From assembly GCA_038496445.1 (NCBI GenBank), contig JALMLS010000371.1:1-64000 (forward strand): DNA of 64,000 nt, in the 5' to 3' direction. Position numbers and translations under genes: made by a program. The stretch comes from Trichosphaerium sp. ATCC 40318 (Eukaryota; Protista; Tubulinea). The notes under the pieces are model-generated. The model ran no database searches. It was given only the letters and a program-made list of their open reading frames with translations, and had not been told where the DNA came from. This document shows positions 26,781 to 39,414 of this stretch, piece by piece (the first letter of the stretch is position 1; each line of letters opens with the position of its first letter).

Positions 26781-28263
26781 ATGGTCCTGATAATTGAGTT
26801 GTATCCTATTTAATTTACAATCTTACATTGCCTTTCTATGTTTTGCTTCATTCTAGTCGCATTCCGCTCCCATTTACGCAAGCAGAGGTGCGTAGCGCAA
26901 TGTATTATTAATCAACATTTTACATTGTGGGTTAACGCCTCTAGTACGCACGAGGACACGTATATATGGTTTCCAGAGCGTCTAAAGAAGAAACTGAAGG
27001 GAAAGAAGGCGTAGAGGTTACAACTTCGTCTAGAGGCGCGTAGACCACTAAATAGCCTCTAGGTAGTAAGCAGGACGCCATTTGAAACCGAAGATGGTAC
27101 TAAAGGCATTACATCGCATAAAGTTATTCATTTGGACACGTACGCGCCTGTAATCTCGTCATTTGGATTGACGGTAACTAGGAAATTACCACAGTGGGCA
27201 AGAACAATTGCTCGATCCATTGGCTTGGGTAAACACTTTGTAGTTGACGAGCGCTCCAAGAACATGTTTCCAAAGATAAGAACAGGTACGTTACCACTTG
27301 ACATTCACGTAATCTTCCTTACATCTACGCACCAACATTGCGCTTACACACCGAGTAGAGTACACGGTGCGCTGAACACCACAGATATAGGAGCGTTATT
27401 GATAGGCTGTTTAGTGCCCGCTTTTGGGTGACCGAGCGCATGTTGTAGTCAAGACATTGCATGCAGAAGATGCTGGAAACACATACAATGTAATATATTC
27501 ATTGTTTCGACATTGATATCAGCTCACGTCATGCTATTAGATTCATAATTTAGGAGCGAGAGCTCTTGATAAGCGAGAAATTGTGTACATAGATATAACA
27601 AGTGACAACTTCAATCAGGGTGAGTAGTAGTAGATGCACTTCATTATTTTTTTTTTTCAGTTCAGAAACAATTGAATGGAAAGTAAGTAACATGTGTTAG
27701 ACTACTACAAGCGAGAAGAGGATCCAAAATTCAAAAAATCATTAAAAGCGAACCGTGGACCACTAAAGCCCGGCTTTTGGGTGAGTAGCAGTCATCAGCA
27801 GTAGCTTTTGACTGTTGTGACTAAATGCCTCATTTTGTTCTAGAAGAATGGATTCTCACCTGTTGTTTGTGCTTACAAGTTAGTGACTATAGATATCAAC
27901 TTACCAGGCATACGTAATAGAGCTGAACGTTTAATGCAAGAGGTCCGTCATCTTCGACTGTACTGTTTCATCCAATTGTTGCTCACTACAATTGCAATAG
28001 ATAATTCGCGATGTAATATTGCGGATACACAGGTAACGATGACCTCTCGCTTTATTGTATGTCTTTAACACGTGATTTTTAGGCAATCCTTTGGTTGGAT
28101 AGATGAGTGGTATGACATGACACAAGAAGAACTCGATGAGATGGCACAACAAGTTGCTATTGCTCTGAAAGAAGTGAGTATTCAGTTTGAATTGCACAAC
28201 TTTAAAATAACATTTCCCGTTAGCATTTTGAAGGAAAGAGATCTTCCAATGGAGGAGCAATAG
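26781..28263 (+). CDS. Phosphatidylinositol transfer protein (PITP family), multi-exon
   Basis: MVLIIEF/RIPLP, EGVEV, REIVYIDI, EEDPKF..NRGPL, VCAYKLVTI and SFGWIDEWYDMT. Confidence 0.9.
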
Positions 28264-28571
28264 TGTCAACGCATTCGACAAACTCTAAACATGTGAGACG
28301 CCGGTGGTGGCGCGCAAAACTGTAAAATGAACCACGAAGACTTTGTAAACTATATTTTTGACAAATTCGCGAAAATTTCGCTTAGTAATTAGCTGACAGG
28401 CCCTTAGTCGTTGCGAAGCTACTACTGTATGCCTAGCGTACCAAGTGCGATGAATGAAACGGGCGTTGCTCGTATAGAACATTCTAGAAGCCCAAAAAAC
28501 AGCTCAGAAGTTTCACGTTTGTTGAATGGTATTCGTTCAGAAAATTCAAAAACCATTAAAATCAATCAGCA

Positions 28572-30180
28572 ATGCACCACGTCCTCTATCCGCAAATTGT
28601 TATTCAGCCACAGCAAGCTACAGTAGTGTTGCCTATGCTGGAAGTGCCAGAAGACACAAAACCCGGTCTGCAAATCGTAAAACAGCTATCTGAAGCTAGG
28701 GAAAAATACTCCTTCGATGGCGTGACGCTAAATGGGCATGTAGTTGTTAAAAACTGTCCTTTTCAAATTACCGCACGCATCTGCAAGAACGTACCCACAG
28801 CCGACTTGAATACAGCTAAAATCGAAGCGGTGTTATTCTACGAGGAAAAGAAAGACGGTAAAGACTTCCCTGTAGCCTCGTTTAAAAAATCGCCGCTCTT
28901 GGTTTCTACAACCGTACACGACGATGGTCGTTCAGTTACATCGGAATTCAAACTCCAGGTATGTTTTAACTTCGTTACTAACTTTCTAGTTGTTTCGACT
29001 TTTTTGGGCTTCGTTGGGCGGTTGGTAAGAGTTCTGGTTTACAAGGCAAGATTTACGCGCAACGAATCGCCGCCTCTCGATCCTCACAAGTTCTACCACT
29101 CAATTCACGTTGAAAAGATTACGTTGTTCTTCCATGTTGTTGCTAATAAACATGTTGAACTTTCGACTCTGCTTCTCTGTTAGATTTTTTTTTTTGTGAC
29201 TCCTTGAAATGACGGCTACACCATTCTTCCCCAATAGTTATATGCCTCATTTCAATAGTTGGCGTTATCGACAACGCCCCAAAAAACCTTTTTTTTTTTT
29301 TTTCCGCTCTTCAACCCAGTTCCATCGGTTATTCCCCCCAAGTTAGCCAAACAACTCTGTTAAAGAAACACCTCTGATGATTTGTAAAGGTTCTATCGTC
29401 CCAACACCAAGGGGCTCGATTTCGCATCAGGATACGAATCCTAAATCCTATGACAGAAGAGTTGATCCATCCCGACCTTGTTACGTTTTCAGAGGCAATG
29501 AGAGTCGTATCAAAACGCGACCAGTTGTACAGAAATACAACAGCAAAAAGAGCGCCAAAACGAAAGAGCGCTGCTGCCTCACAAGTCGATATTCTCTTGA
29601 AAATCGAAGAAAGATTGGTCGAACAGGAAAAGAGACAAGCCGAAGAGTGGAAGCAGAGAACTGCACAATTAGATAAACAAACACAGCAGCTAGCTCAACT
29701 TGTACAAACAATCACAACGGCCAACAACATGAAACAAGTACGTCTCGTCACATTTCCCTCTTTTTTCTTTTTTTTTTTCTGCATGTCTAGTAGGCTAACA
29801 TAAAGTGTCTCTTAGGAATCTCAAGACGAACAAAAATCAGCACCTGATTTATGCCAAGCACTTCACAACGTCATAAGAGCATACCACGCTACAGATGAGT
29901 GTGACCGACCTAAAAAATTGAGAAAAGTTATGCGAGAAACAGATGGAGAAGTCATCGCTGTTGTTGGTACGTCAAATTATCTTTTTTTTCTCTTTTTCGC
30001 GCCTCGTAACACCTTGTTCTAACGCTTTCACTAGGAGACATTACACAATCTATGGGAATGCTCGATGGCCAAACTGCGTCATGCCCTCTCCCACAGTGTC
30101 CAAACCGCGATAACATTGCACGTCAAGAACAATTTCACACTGAGATTGACGACTTCTTCTCAGACTATTTGAAAATCTAA
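28572..30180 (+). CDS. CudA-family (Amoebozoa-type) transcription factor
   Basis: HVVVKNCPF...EFKLQ/VLSSQHQGARFRI...SEAMRVVSK matches the CudA core DNA-binding region, followed by a basic segment and a coiled coil. Confidence 0.8.
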
Positions 30181-30522
30181 ACGAAGAACAAACACACCTT
30201 TGGCCTCATGATGAAGAAAAAAAAACCAACACAAAAACAATTTTAGAAAACCCTTGTAAACTTAATAATCAAAAATCCTTGTACTTTTACCCTCTCCACT
30301 CGCTTGTCGTTTACTACCCGTCCCAGTAATATTTCACGTCCTAGATGTAGTAGTACTATTACTGCGTTATGTGTATTAAAAATACGCCATCAGGTGGCAC
30401 GTGTCTATCGTTCTACTGATCTTGCAATCGGTTGATTTGTACTGAAAAAAAACCAATAAAATAAAGTGATCATTCGTTTTCTACAATCGTCTTTATTGCG
30501 CAACAGCGCTCCATTTTCATCA

Positions 30523-30879
30523 TCAACTCTCTGTTGTGCTTACCATATGTTCAAGCATCAACATTCTGTTTTCGAGGACTGTCAATTTTGTATTGATACG
30601 CGCTAACTTGGCACGTGTCCTCACTTCGAACATGTTTAAGAACTCTACAATTTTTTTAATGCTATCCACATAATGGCCAATCTCTTCGCGTTGGTTATAG
30701 TCCTGTTGTATATGAGACGAACCAGAGTCCACTACGAAAGAATTTTAGTCATTTTTAGAGTCATCACGTGTTAGGAGGTCTACCGGACGATATTAACCGC
30801 CTCTAACACTAATAGACGCACATGCAGGCGCAACCCCACCCGCTACGGTATGGGAACGTTTGTCCCGTTTGCGCGACAT
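30523..30879 (-). CDS. BRK1: BRICK1/HSPC300 subunit of the SCAR/WAVE complex (5' exons uncertain)
   Basis: IQQDYNQREEI...SIKKIVEFLNMFEVRTRAKLARINTKLTVLENRMLMLE. Confidence 0.85.
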
Positions 30880-31080
30880 AGTACAAACGCTAAATGGTTA
30901 CTTATCTAAATAGTACGTCGAAACACTCTGGTTACCCGACCTGGCAGGATTTTTAGCGTCACTTAGCTCTACCTTAACATTGGCGTTGGAAACTCTAGAG
31001 TTCTACAAGCTTTAACACTAACTATGGGCTTGCATAGTTTTTGAGAGTCTTACATTAAAAACAGTGAAAGTGGAGTTGCA

Positions 31081-31592
31081 TTAGTCGAAAGAGGATTTAT
31101 TTACACATCCGAATAAAATTTGTTTTAGACTTCTTTTTCGTGGTCCCACATGAAGTGATGTAAGTTTTGTAGATACTCTTGGTAGCCATATATCATTTAA
31201 TAGTTCTGTAGCTGTAGGTCGTTGACGTGGATGTGGTGTCAAGAGCTTATTTAAAAATTGTATGTCTTCTGAACTCAAGTAGTTCCAGTATCGCGACCAC
31301 GATAATCCGCCGCTCGCCCATATTGCAACTTGATCTTTCTCTTCACCTGTGAGTTGGTGGTGTACGAGTCCAGTTAGCATGCCGAATGTACATACGCCTA
31401 GACTCCATATATCAAAGGCAGGATGTATCGCACTTCCTTCTATCCACAGTTCAGGTGGAAAGTACTCCTTTGTACCAACCCACTCGTAATCGCAAGGTTG
31501 TGATTCTGTTGTTGTTATTGTTAGACCAAAGTCAGCTATCTTTATGAAACCGTCGACACCGATCAAGATATTTTCTAAAGAGGAAGTTAGTT

Positions 31593-31623
<31 letters not shown>

Positions 31624-32219
31624 GGCGTTGTAAATCATTTCGTTCTACTTACCAGGTTTGATGTCATGGTGTATTACATTAAAGGTATGTAGGTGTTTAA
31701 GTCCAAGCAGTACTTGTCGTACAACATTTGCGACAATGGGCCGTGTGAGCATGTCTTTGTAGTTTAGAATAATTTCCATCATATCAACTGTAGCACGTTC
31801 TAATACGAGCACTGGGTTTCCTACAAAGAAAAATTTAGAACACAAAAAAAATTCCTATCGTTGAAAAAATCACGTGTGATTTTATGATAAAAGATAAAAA
31901 AAATTCCTTTGTTGGGTTGAGAAAATATTAAACCCTTACCTTTTTGGAGAAAACAACTGTGTAATCGAAGTATATTCTTGTGTTTAGCGAGCTGCATTAC
32001 TTGAATTTCTCGTAAAACGAATTCAGCGTTATCAGCGCAAAAAGCCTTGGAAATGACCTTAAGCGCCACCTTATCCTTTGATTTCTTGTCTTTAGCGGCA
32101 AGGACGTATGCTGTCCCTCCAGTACCAATCTTGCGGGTTACTTTATAGTCCCTGAGACTAGATTGTTTGTAGCTATTTTGCTTTGCAAGTACATGTTGTA
32201 GAAGTGTTGTAACGTCCAT
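31081..32219 (-). CDS. Ser/Thr protein kinase, 3 exons
   Basis: GTGGTA, VALK, HHDIKP/ENIL, DFG, GTKEYFPPE and DIWSLG. Confidence 0.9.
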
Positions 32220-32648
32220 GTTGTTTTAAGATAATGATGTGAATCACGCAAAATTACTTGTTATCATCAAAAACTGCACGTCTTTCGAGAGCACTCGAGA
32301 ATCTGTACTACTAGCGCTTGTAATACTATACGAGGCGTTTTTTTGAGAGCTTGGTACCGACATTTATCACGCTACACGCTTTACTACCAAAAATTTAAAT
32401 CACGTGTACCACCCGGATAATTAGTTTGCCACAACAAGGGAACCGCCGGCAGTACTGTTTAGAAACGTAAAACCCAGCCAACAACCAAAACTTTAAAAAG
32501 GCGCCTGGAGGAAGAAGGAAAACTATATCGCTATCCGTTTAATGGAAATACGACCGATTTTAGGTGAAAAACCCACAAGAAGGCAGCTAGCGAATTTCGT
32601 TTATCTGAAAACTATTCATTCGCCTTTTGTTTAGGCTGTTGGGACAAT

Positions 32649-34062
32649 TTATTGCGCTACGCGAAGCACAAATACTTGGCGATCTTTAGACGATGTTGTA
32701 TAACCAGAAACGACTACAACGTCAGCAAACGATTGTCGGACGCATGCGTATTGTAGTTTTGGCGTAGTGTTTAGCTTTATAAAATGTGGGTAGCCAGAAA
32801 CCATTTTATAAATGCCGTCTTTGGCGCCCACAAACATATCACCATTGCTACGCACTGCCATAGACATGCCACTATAGAAACTACGAAATATTGGCCTGAC
32901 GTCACCTTTCGTCAGGATTGAGATGCCTTGGAAACACGTTCAGTCACCAAAACCCGAAAAACTTAAAACTTATAATTTTGGGATTTGCCCAAGGCACGCT
33001 TCTTACCTTCTATGGTTGCCACATACGTGTTACCGTTCTCAAGTAGTCGGTCAGCACATAAACACAAGGATTTTAAAAAAAAAGAAGTACCCCATCTCGT
33101 GCTACATCCGTTGGGTATAGTACGCTGTGTCCTAAAGCAATCAATGGTTATCTCATCGTTTTAAAGTGTGCGTTTTCTACGCAGTTACTTGCACAAATCC
33201 CGCGTACCTCCCGCTACAGTCGTGACGTGTCCATCTGGAGATACGCTTCGCACCTATACGTATAGCATCAGAGACTGTATAACGGTAATCAGAAGCAAAT
33301 TTCAACTTACTGCATGGTTTTTCCTATCTGCAACTAAGAGATTGGCTTGCGCGTCTACACATATTCCATAAGGTTTATGAAACAATGCAGTAGCGCCATC
33401 AGCGTATCCTAAGAATGGTATTAGCTTACTTTTAGAAATTGTTATTACTTACCACTCTGCTTTGGTGTTCCGGCAAAGGGCGTAATAGTTTTAGACTTGA
33501 CGTGGATTTTTTTGATGCAGTTTGCAGCCGTGTCGGCTACAAGTATATGCTCTCTGTAACAGAACGATTACGTACATGCAATATCTTAAATCGTACGTAC
33601 TTATCTAGTACAACTACTCCACCAATCTCGTTGATGGAATTGCACACAAGAACATTCTGCGTAGCTGAATCTATTTCGTCTTGAGTAGCCGACTCCGTCA
33701 GGAGACACAAAGGTTTCTAGTCGTGTAAGAAATATAACAATAGATGATGCGATCTTGCGTACGCAGCCAACGGTGATTTGCTTGTGTCGATATAGCGAAT
33801 GTTGCATATCCGCTTGGTGGAGTGTGTAGGATCTGACTGTTTCCTGGCGTTTGTTATGTTTGTAGCGCAAAGTGCTTTTTTTTCGTACTTGCATATAACG
33901 TGATGAATCAATCACCCTTTTAATACCTCTGCACGTTATTCGTGTGTTCATCAAGTACCGTGGTGACATTTCTAAGCAAATACAAGAAAGCAACTCAAAA
34001 GGTAGGTCGAGCAATGTCGTTGTGAATGAGTAACGGTGATGAGGTTGCAAGCTGAGTTTCAT
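32649..34062 (-). CDS. F-box protein with a beta-rich C-terminal region, multi-exon
   Basis: N-terminal LLDLPFELLSCICLEM...RITCR. Downstream exons are bounded by GT-AG. Confidence 0.65.
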
Positions 34063-34170
34063 ATTGCGTGTCAGTGAATGGTTAAGCACAATGGCGCGTA
34101 GCTACCTGCGGCACGTACATGCATAAAAGGAGACTTTTTTTGCACGTGTTTTTTATTTTATTTAAATAGC

Positions 34171-36125
34171 CTAGAGTGCCATGGACACATCAAGTGTATA
34201 GGAACCAGCGTCATTACAAGATAAAAACCGAGTTGTACATAGTTCATTGTAAGAAAAGAACCTACATTTAATGAGATCAACTTGTTTAGGTATAAAGAAA
34301 GGCGTACCGCTGTGTTTCTCAACAATGATGTACAAGAATAAATACTGTATCAAGTTCACTACACCTACGTGGTGTAAGATTACAGTAGTTCAATGTTATA
34401 CTCACCAGCAATGAACCCAGCAAGGCCATACAACTTTCCAATATTGGCGTAGCCGAAAATCTTTACAAGGTACATCGTACACACAGAGTAGAACCTAGAT
34501 GTAATTATGAAACGCCTATACGCCAGTGTATCATACCACATCCTATGAATGGAGAAAACAATAAACAAAAAGAACCAAAGTTCATCAACTAGCAACTGTT
34601 AGATTACAGCATAAGTTTGATTTGAAGCTCACTTTTAATGAAAATGAGGAATGACGCCAATAACCCCATGAAATGTACAATGGCGAAGTTAAAGACATGT
34701 GAGTATTTAGATAGATAACCTACGTTGTGTATTTAATAACTGATGTGTTGTAAATACTGTGTTCTTACTGATTAATGGTGCGACGATAAAAGCAGCAGGA
34801 ACTGTCGCGCTGAACACTTTGACAAGAAATTCTGTCCTGTCCACTTCCAAAAAGTCGTTCAATCTGGCTTCTATAGTCCCAAAGAAAAAGTTCATCCACA
34901 GCGTCTAACTCAATTATTATTGGCGAAGTATGGGTTGAATGATTCATCTCAAATCCGTACTCCACTAGCGAAATAGAAGATGAAGAAAATGTACTCCAAT
35001 GTGAAGAGTTGTTTATAAAAAGAGAGGTCCGAGTGAACACTAAACTTCCGCTTTTGTATCAACGTGTCTGTTATTGTGAACTTTTCTTCTCTGCCATCAC
35101 TGGTATTGTTTTGTAATCCAGCAAAAGGTTCTTCAGCTGGCCCTGATTGAGGATCACCTGCAACATGTCAAACAAAAAATATTTTAAACTCCCATCAAAA
35201 CCTTTTGCTCCGGTTGGCCAAAAAAACGTGAAGAGCATCCCAACTGCAGGCATGATTATCAAGTATTTAAAGAATATAACAGACTCGATCCCAATTGCTT
35301 CGTAGACGTACTATAAAATGCATGAAAAGGAAGACTTAATCATGATTGTCTTTTAACAAAGTTCATACCCAGTATCCTAGAAATAAGCCTGCACTGGCAT
35401 CAAACGCACAAACTATGAGTACGAGCACTACTTTATTCCACTTCCCGTATGCTTCACTGAGCCTGAATAGAGAAAAGTAAATGAACATACCACTCACACT
35501 CATAATCACATAACCAGGTATAAAAGCGTTAAACCCTACACGCAACAATTACAAGATGAACAACACAACGTTAAAAATACGCAAAATATGCACCTGAAGG
35601 TGTCCGGGCGTCGGAGAAACTGAGAAGAATAAAACTGATTGTGAGTGTCAACCAACCAATAGCAATAGAACGACGTGGTCCTATCCAATCGAGAACAAAA
35701 CCAGCAGGCAACTGGGCAGCTACAAAAAAAAACCCAGAAGTTATTTTTCATTTAATCACGTGATTTTAACTTACCAACTAGACAACTGACTGAAATGGTG
35801 TAGATTAAATTCAAACCAAGCTCTTGTTCCTCGCACTATTCTATTTTGAGTTTTAAAAACACTAATATGGTTATTACAGTGTCTGGAGGCGCTATCTCGG
35901 CTTTACACCTATGTATGAACTGTCCTTCGTGCTTATACACTATATAACGGATTGGAAGGCGTAATTAATACAGAACTTACCTAGAAGTATTGCAGGCCAT
36001 CCATACATTATTCCGGTGCATGTAAACGCTAAAATGATGACAAAGAACAAAGATAGCATTCTACTGATTGGCTTCTTTGGGTTCATTTGAAACATATAAA
36101 ACAACTTCCATATTTTCTCAAGCAT
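34171..36125 (-). CDS. MFS transporter of the SLC43/LAT3-FMP42 type, multi-exon
   Basis: TGIMYGWPAILL, CAFDASA, NFFFGTI and FGYANIGKLYGL. Confidence 0.8.
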
Positions 36126-36307
36126 TTGCCTTTAAACTCGCACTGAAATCAAAAAAAAAAGACAGAAAAATCACGTGTCAAAACTTAATTCAAAATTTGT
36201 ACAAAAAGTTAAGCCTTGTTTTTTTATAGTATAGTATAGTACTTCTAATTACACGTTACAGGGGTAGAAGCCTATGATGCTAGAATAAGTACCAAAGTTA
36301 ACGAAAT

Positions 36308-39300
36308 TTAAATAAATCCGTGCATGACACTGGTTGACTTTGATTTTTCAGCTCTCTGATTTCTCCTAGAGTTGATGGACAGTCTGGATGATCCTCTCAA
36401 GAATTTTATACTGGTAAGAGTAAGATTGGAGAGTAAGTCTTGGTTTCTAAGTATAGACGCACTCCATGTTTTCAACTGCTCTGCGCACTTTCTTGAATGT
36501 TGGACGATCAATAGGATCGTATTGCCAACAACGTTGCATCAGGAACTGCCAAAAGAATGAGCATTTTGGCATCTCTAGCTTAACACCTCCAAGGATACTC
36601 TCTTTTATGTCCTCTGTCGACTCCCTAACCAAACCACTTACTAACACAGCTATATAAATATACAAAGGACGTACCATGGTCTCTTTCTTGTATGCATCTC
36701 CCAAACTACAATACCGAAGCTGTACACATCGACTTTGCTGTTATATCCATGTTTACCAAATATCTCAGGAGCACAGTAAGCCAGTGTACCTATTTACAGA
36801 GGGTTAGAGGCGCTATAATTACGATAAAGGTTCTGTCGATAGTACCAACTTGAGATTTTATTCGGCTATTCTTCTCGATCGCTACAGCCAGTCCTTGGGT
36901 TGCCGGTTAGAACAGAATTCATCAGACAGTTTATTATGTATAGTACCAAAGTCTCCAACTTTAACATTCTGCCAACGGTCGCATACAAACAAGTTATCAG
37001 TCTTGAGATCTCTGTGAATAAATCCCTTGCTATGCAGGTACGCTACTGCCTCACTAGTATCCATGGCAACCTAATATCAGCGTCAGTCTCCACGTCTATG
37101 CTGTTCACGTGACCTTTCTTATCCTTGCTTCTGTAATTGCCACCCGTCTATCATCTCTACACAATTATTTAGCCCTTAATATTGCTAATAGTGTGTACAG
37201 AAGATCTCTGAGGGATCCAAAAGGTACTAATTCAGTGACAATACTGAGGTAAGGATCTTCTAAACTTTTGATTAGCCATTCAAGAATTGTCGTAAATATA
37301 TTCTTCACTTGCCGATACAAGCTCCTATCAGCCTCAGAATATTAGGATGGTTCGTTACTTGACTACATTCGTGAATATATGAGAGCAACAGCTATAAATG
37401 TCTAACCTCATCATCAACACCTCTGTAACAAACTGCTCCAAGAAAAGAGTCTCTATATATAAAAATTAGCACCAAACAATACGAGAGAGGGGAAGCATAC
37501 CCATATCAGCAAACTTGATAATTTTGATGGCAACTAATAGGCGGACGAGTTAATCTTTGATCCAAAATTTTTGGCTTACCTTCTTCTCCGCGGTAGTGGC
37601 CACTATAGACTACACCCATCGACCCTTCACCAAGGCGTTTGTCACTTTGGTATAGATCAACACGCTATTTAGGTAAAGTTAGATGAGCTTGAAAGACAAC
37701 CAGTGCAAACCTTTATCAGCTTGTTCATGTTTATTTCAACCTCGTGCAGAAGTTTACTTCGTTCGTCGTATTGGTCATCACGGAGGAATTGTTCGGGCTG
37801 GAATCTGTATGTCTCTAGAAGTACACACGTTAACGGTTATGGACTAAAGGGCAAGTGTAGGGGTACCTATCAACTCTATAAAGTCCAAGCGAATAATCTA
37901 AGAAAATTATTTGGTAGAACAAACAAAACTAGGAATTGTTGTACCATTACTATTGGACCAATTTCGTAGATGACATATATAGTGAAAAGAATAACAGCTT
38001 CTATAAATTCATCACTATCGAATCCTACGACTGCTCCTTCCAGTCTAAAAAATTTGAGTTAAACACAAAGCGCTTAATACCCGAGGATTTGTACAGTGCT
38101 GCAGCCGGTACAATGTTGAGCACCATGTGACAAACTATTGCGAAAACCCATGTCCAGAATACTATCGTAAACTAACGTCATAAGGAGTTAAAACCATGTT
38201 GCTATTGTAACTAACGCACGTGCAGTCTTTTCATCTTCGCAGTATGACCAAGTTTGGACTAACACATATTAATGAAAAAAAAAGTAAAAGAGAATCACAT
38301 ACTTTCTCTCCTCTGACAGTACAACGCATGAAAGATATAACAGCAATGGTGAAAACAAACCATCCAAACTGTACACTGCCTTCACACTTGTTAATGGGAA
38401 CATACAAATAGTATCGTACCTAGAATAAGCCTGTAATAGATTGCCATACTAGTGTCATCCAATACTGCGCTGAAAACAACTAAACAAATCTTCTCAAACA
38501 AATCATTATCGATATTGTTAATGATTATAAACATATCTTCAACGTACAATTATTGCAGTTGATACTGTAGATACGACAATAATTTCAACCCAAGCAAATT
38601 TGGTGTTGGTTGATGGGTTACTGAAGAAGAATATGTTTCTCCGTGACATAAAAATATCGGCCCTTATTTGCTTCGTTAGTTCCAACAGTACCTGCCAAAA
38701 AAACGCACCAGTAATGAAGTAAACAGACATAAGGCACAAACATGAGGATTTGTGGTAGACTCCAAAGAGGTATAACTTGCAGAAAAGTTAAAAGAATTCA
38801 ATTCCAAATTCTCATTTTTTTACTATGCTGATAAAAAACCGCGTATTTTAATTATGGATAAACGATTGGTATTGCAATAGGATGCAGCCACGTGCGAATA
38901 TTCGTTTAAACAACCTTTAGACTTTTTTCAAAAAATAACGTACGATAGTGCAGCTTATTATGCACAGTAGTGTTGGCGTCCCATTTGTCAGGGCAGAATT
39001 TATTAAATAAAGCTGTAACAATGAAGAAAGCTGCCCTTGCTACGATAAAGTTAACAATACGTGCGTAATGATAGTATTACCAAGGCAAGCGACGGATATA
39101 AAAGCCAATAAAAAGAATACTCTTTTGTTTTCACGTTTTCTGGCAAAAAGCTGCCAACACGTGTATGCTGATATGACTAGTAATAAAAAGCTGTTTAGAA
39201 AACAGAAGCTCGTTGTGAGAGGTGTGTACGGAGAAATATGCCTCCAAGGATTACCGACACTGCTGGGGCTGTGTTGAGCGACGCATTACCTTCGATCGTA

Positions 39301-39335
39301 CAAAGAGTGCCATTGGTTTCGCCTGTGTCGTTCAT
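36308..39335 (-). CDS. Multi-pass (about 7TM, TOM1/GPR137-like) receptor fused to a TKL protein kinase
   Basis: N-terminus [10 protein letters not shown], hydrophobic exons including [17 protein letters not shown] and IYEIGPIVM, then [34 protein letters not shown] and [12 protein letters not shown]. Confidence 0.75.
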
Positions 39336-39414
39336 TTTTGAAAACTTTCAGACACGACCCGTCGTGTCGTTTCGTTTTTTTTGAAACACGTGTTTTTTTG
39401 CGAATTATGGAAAA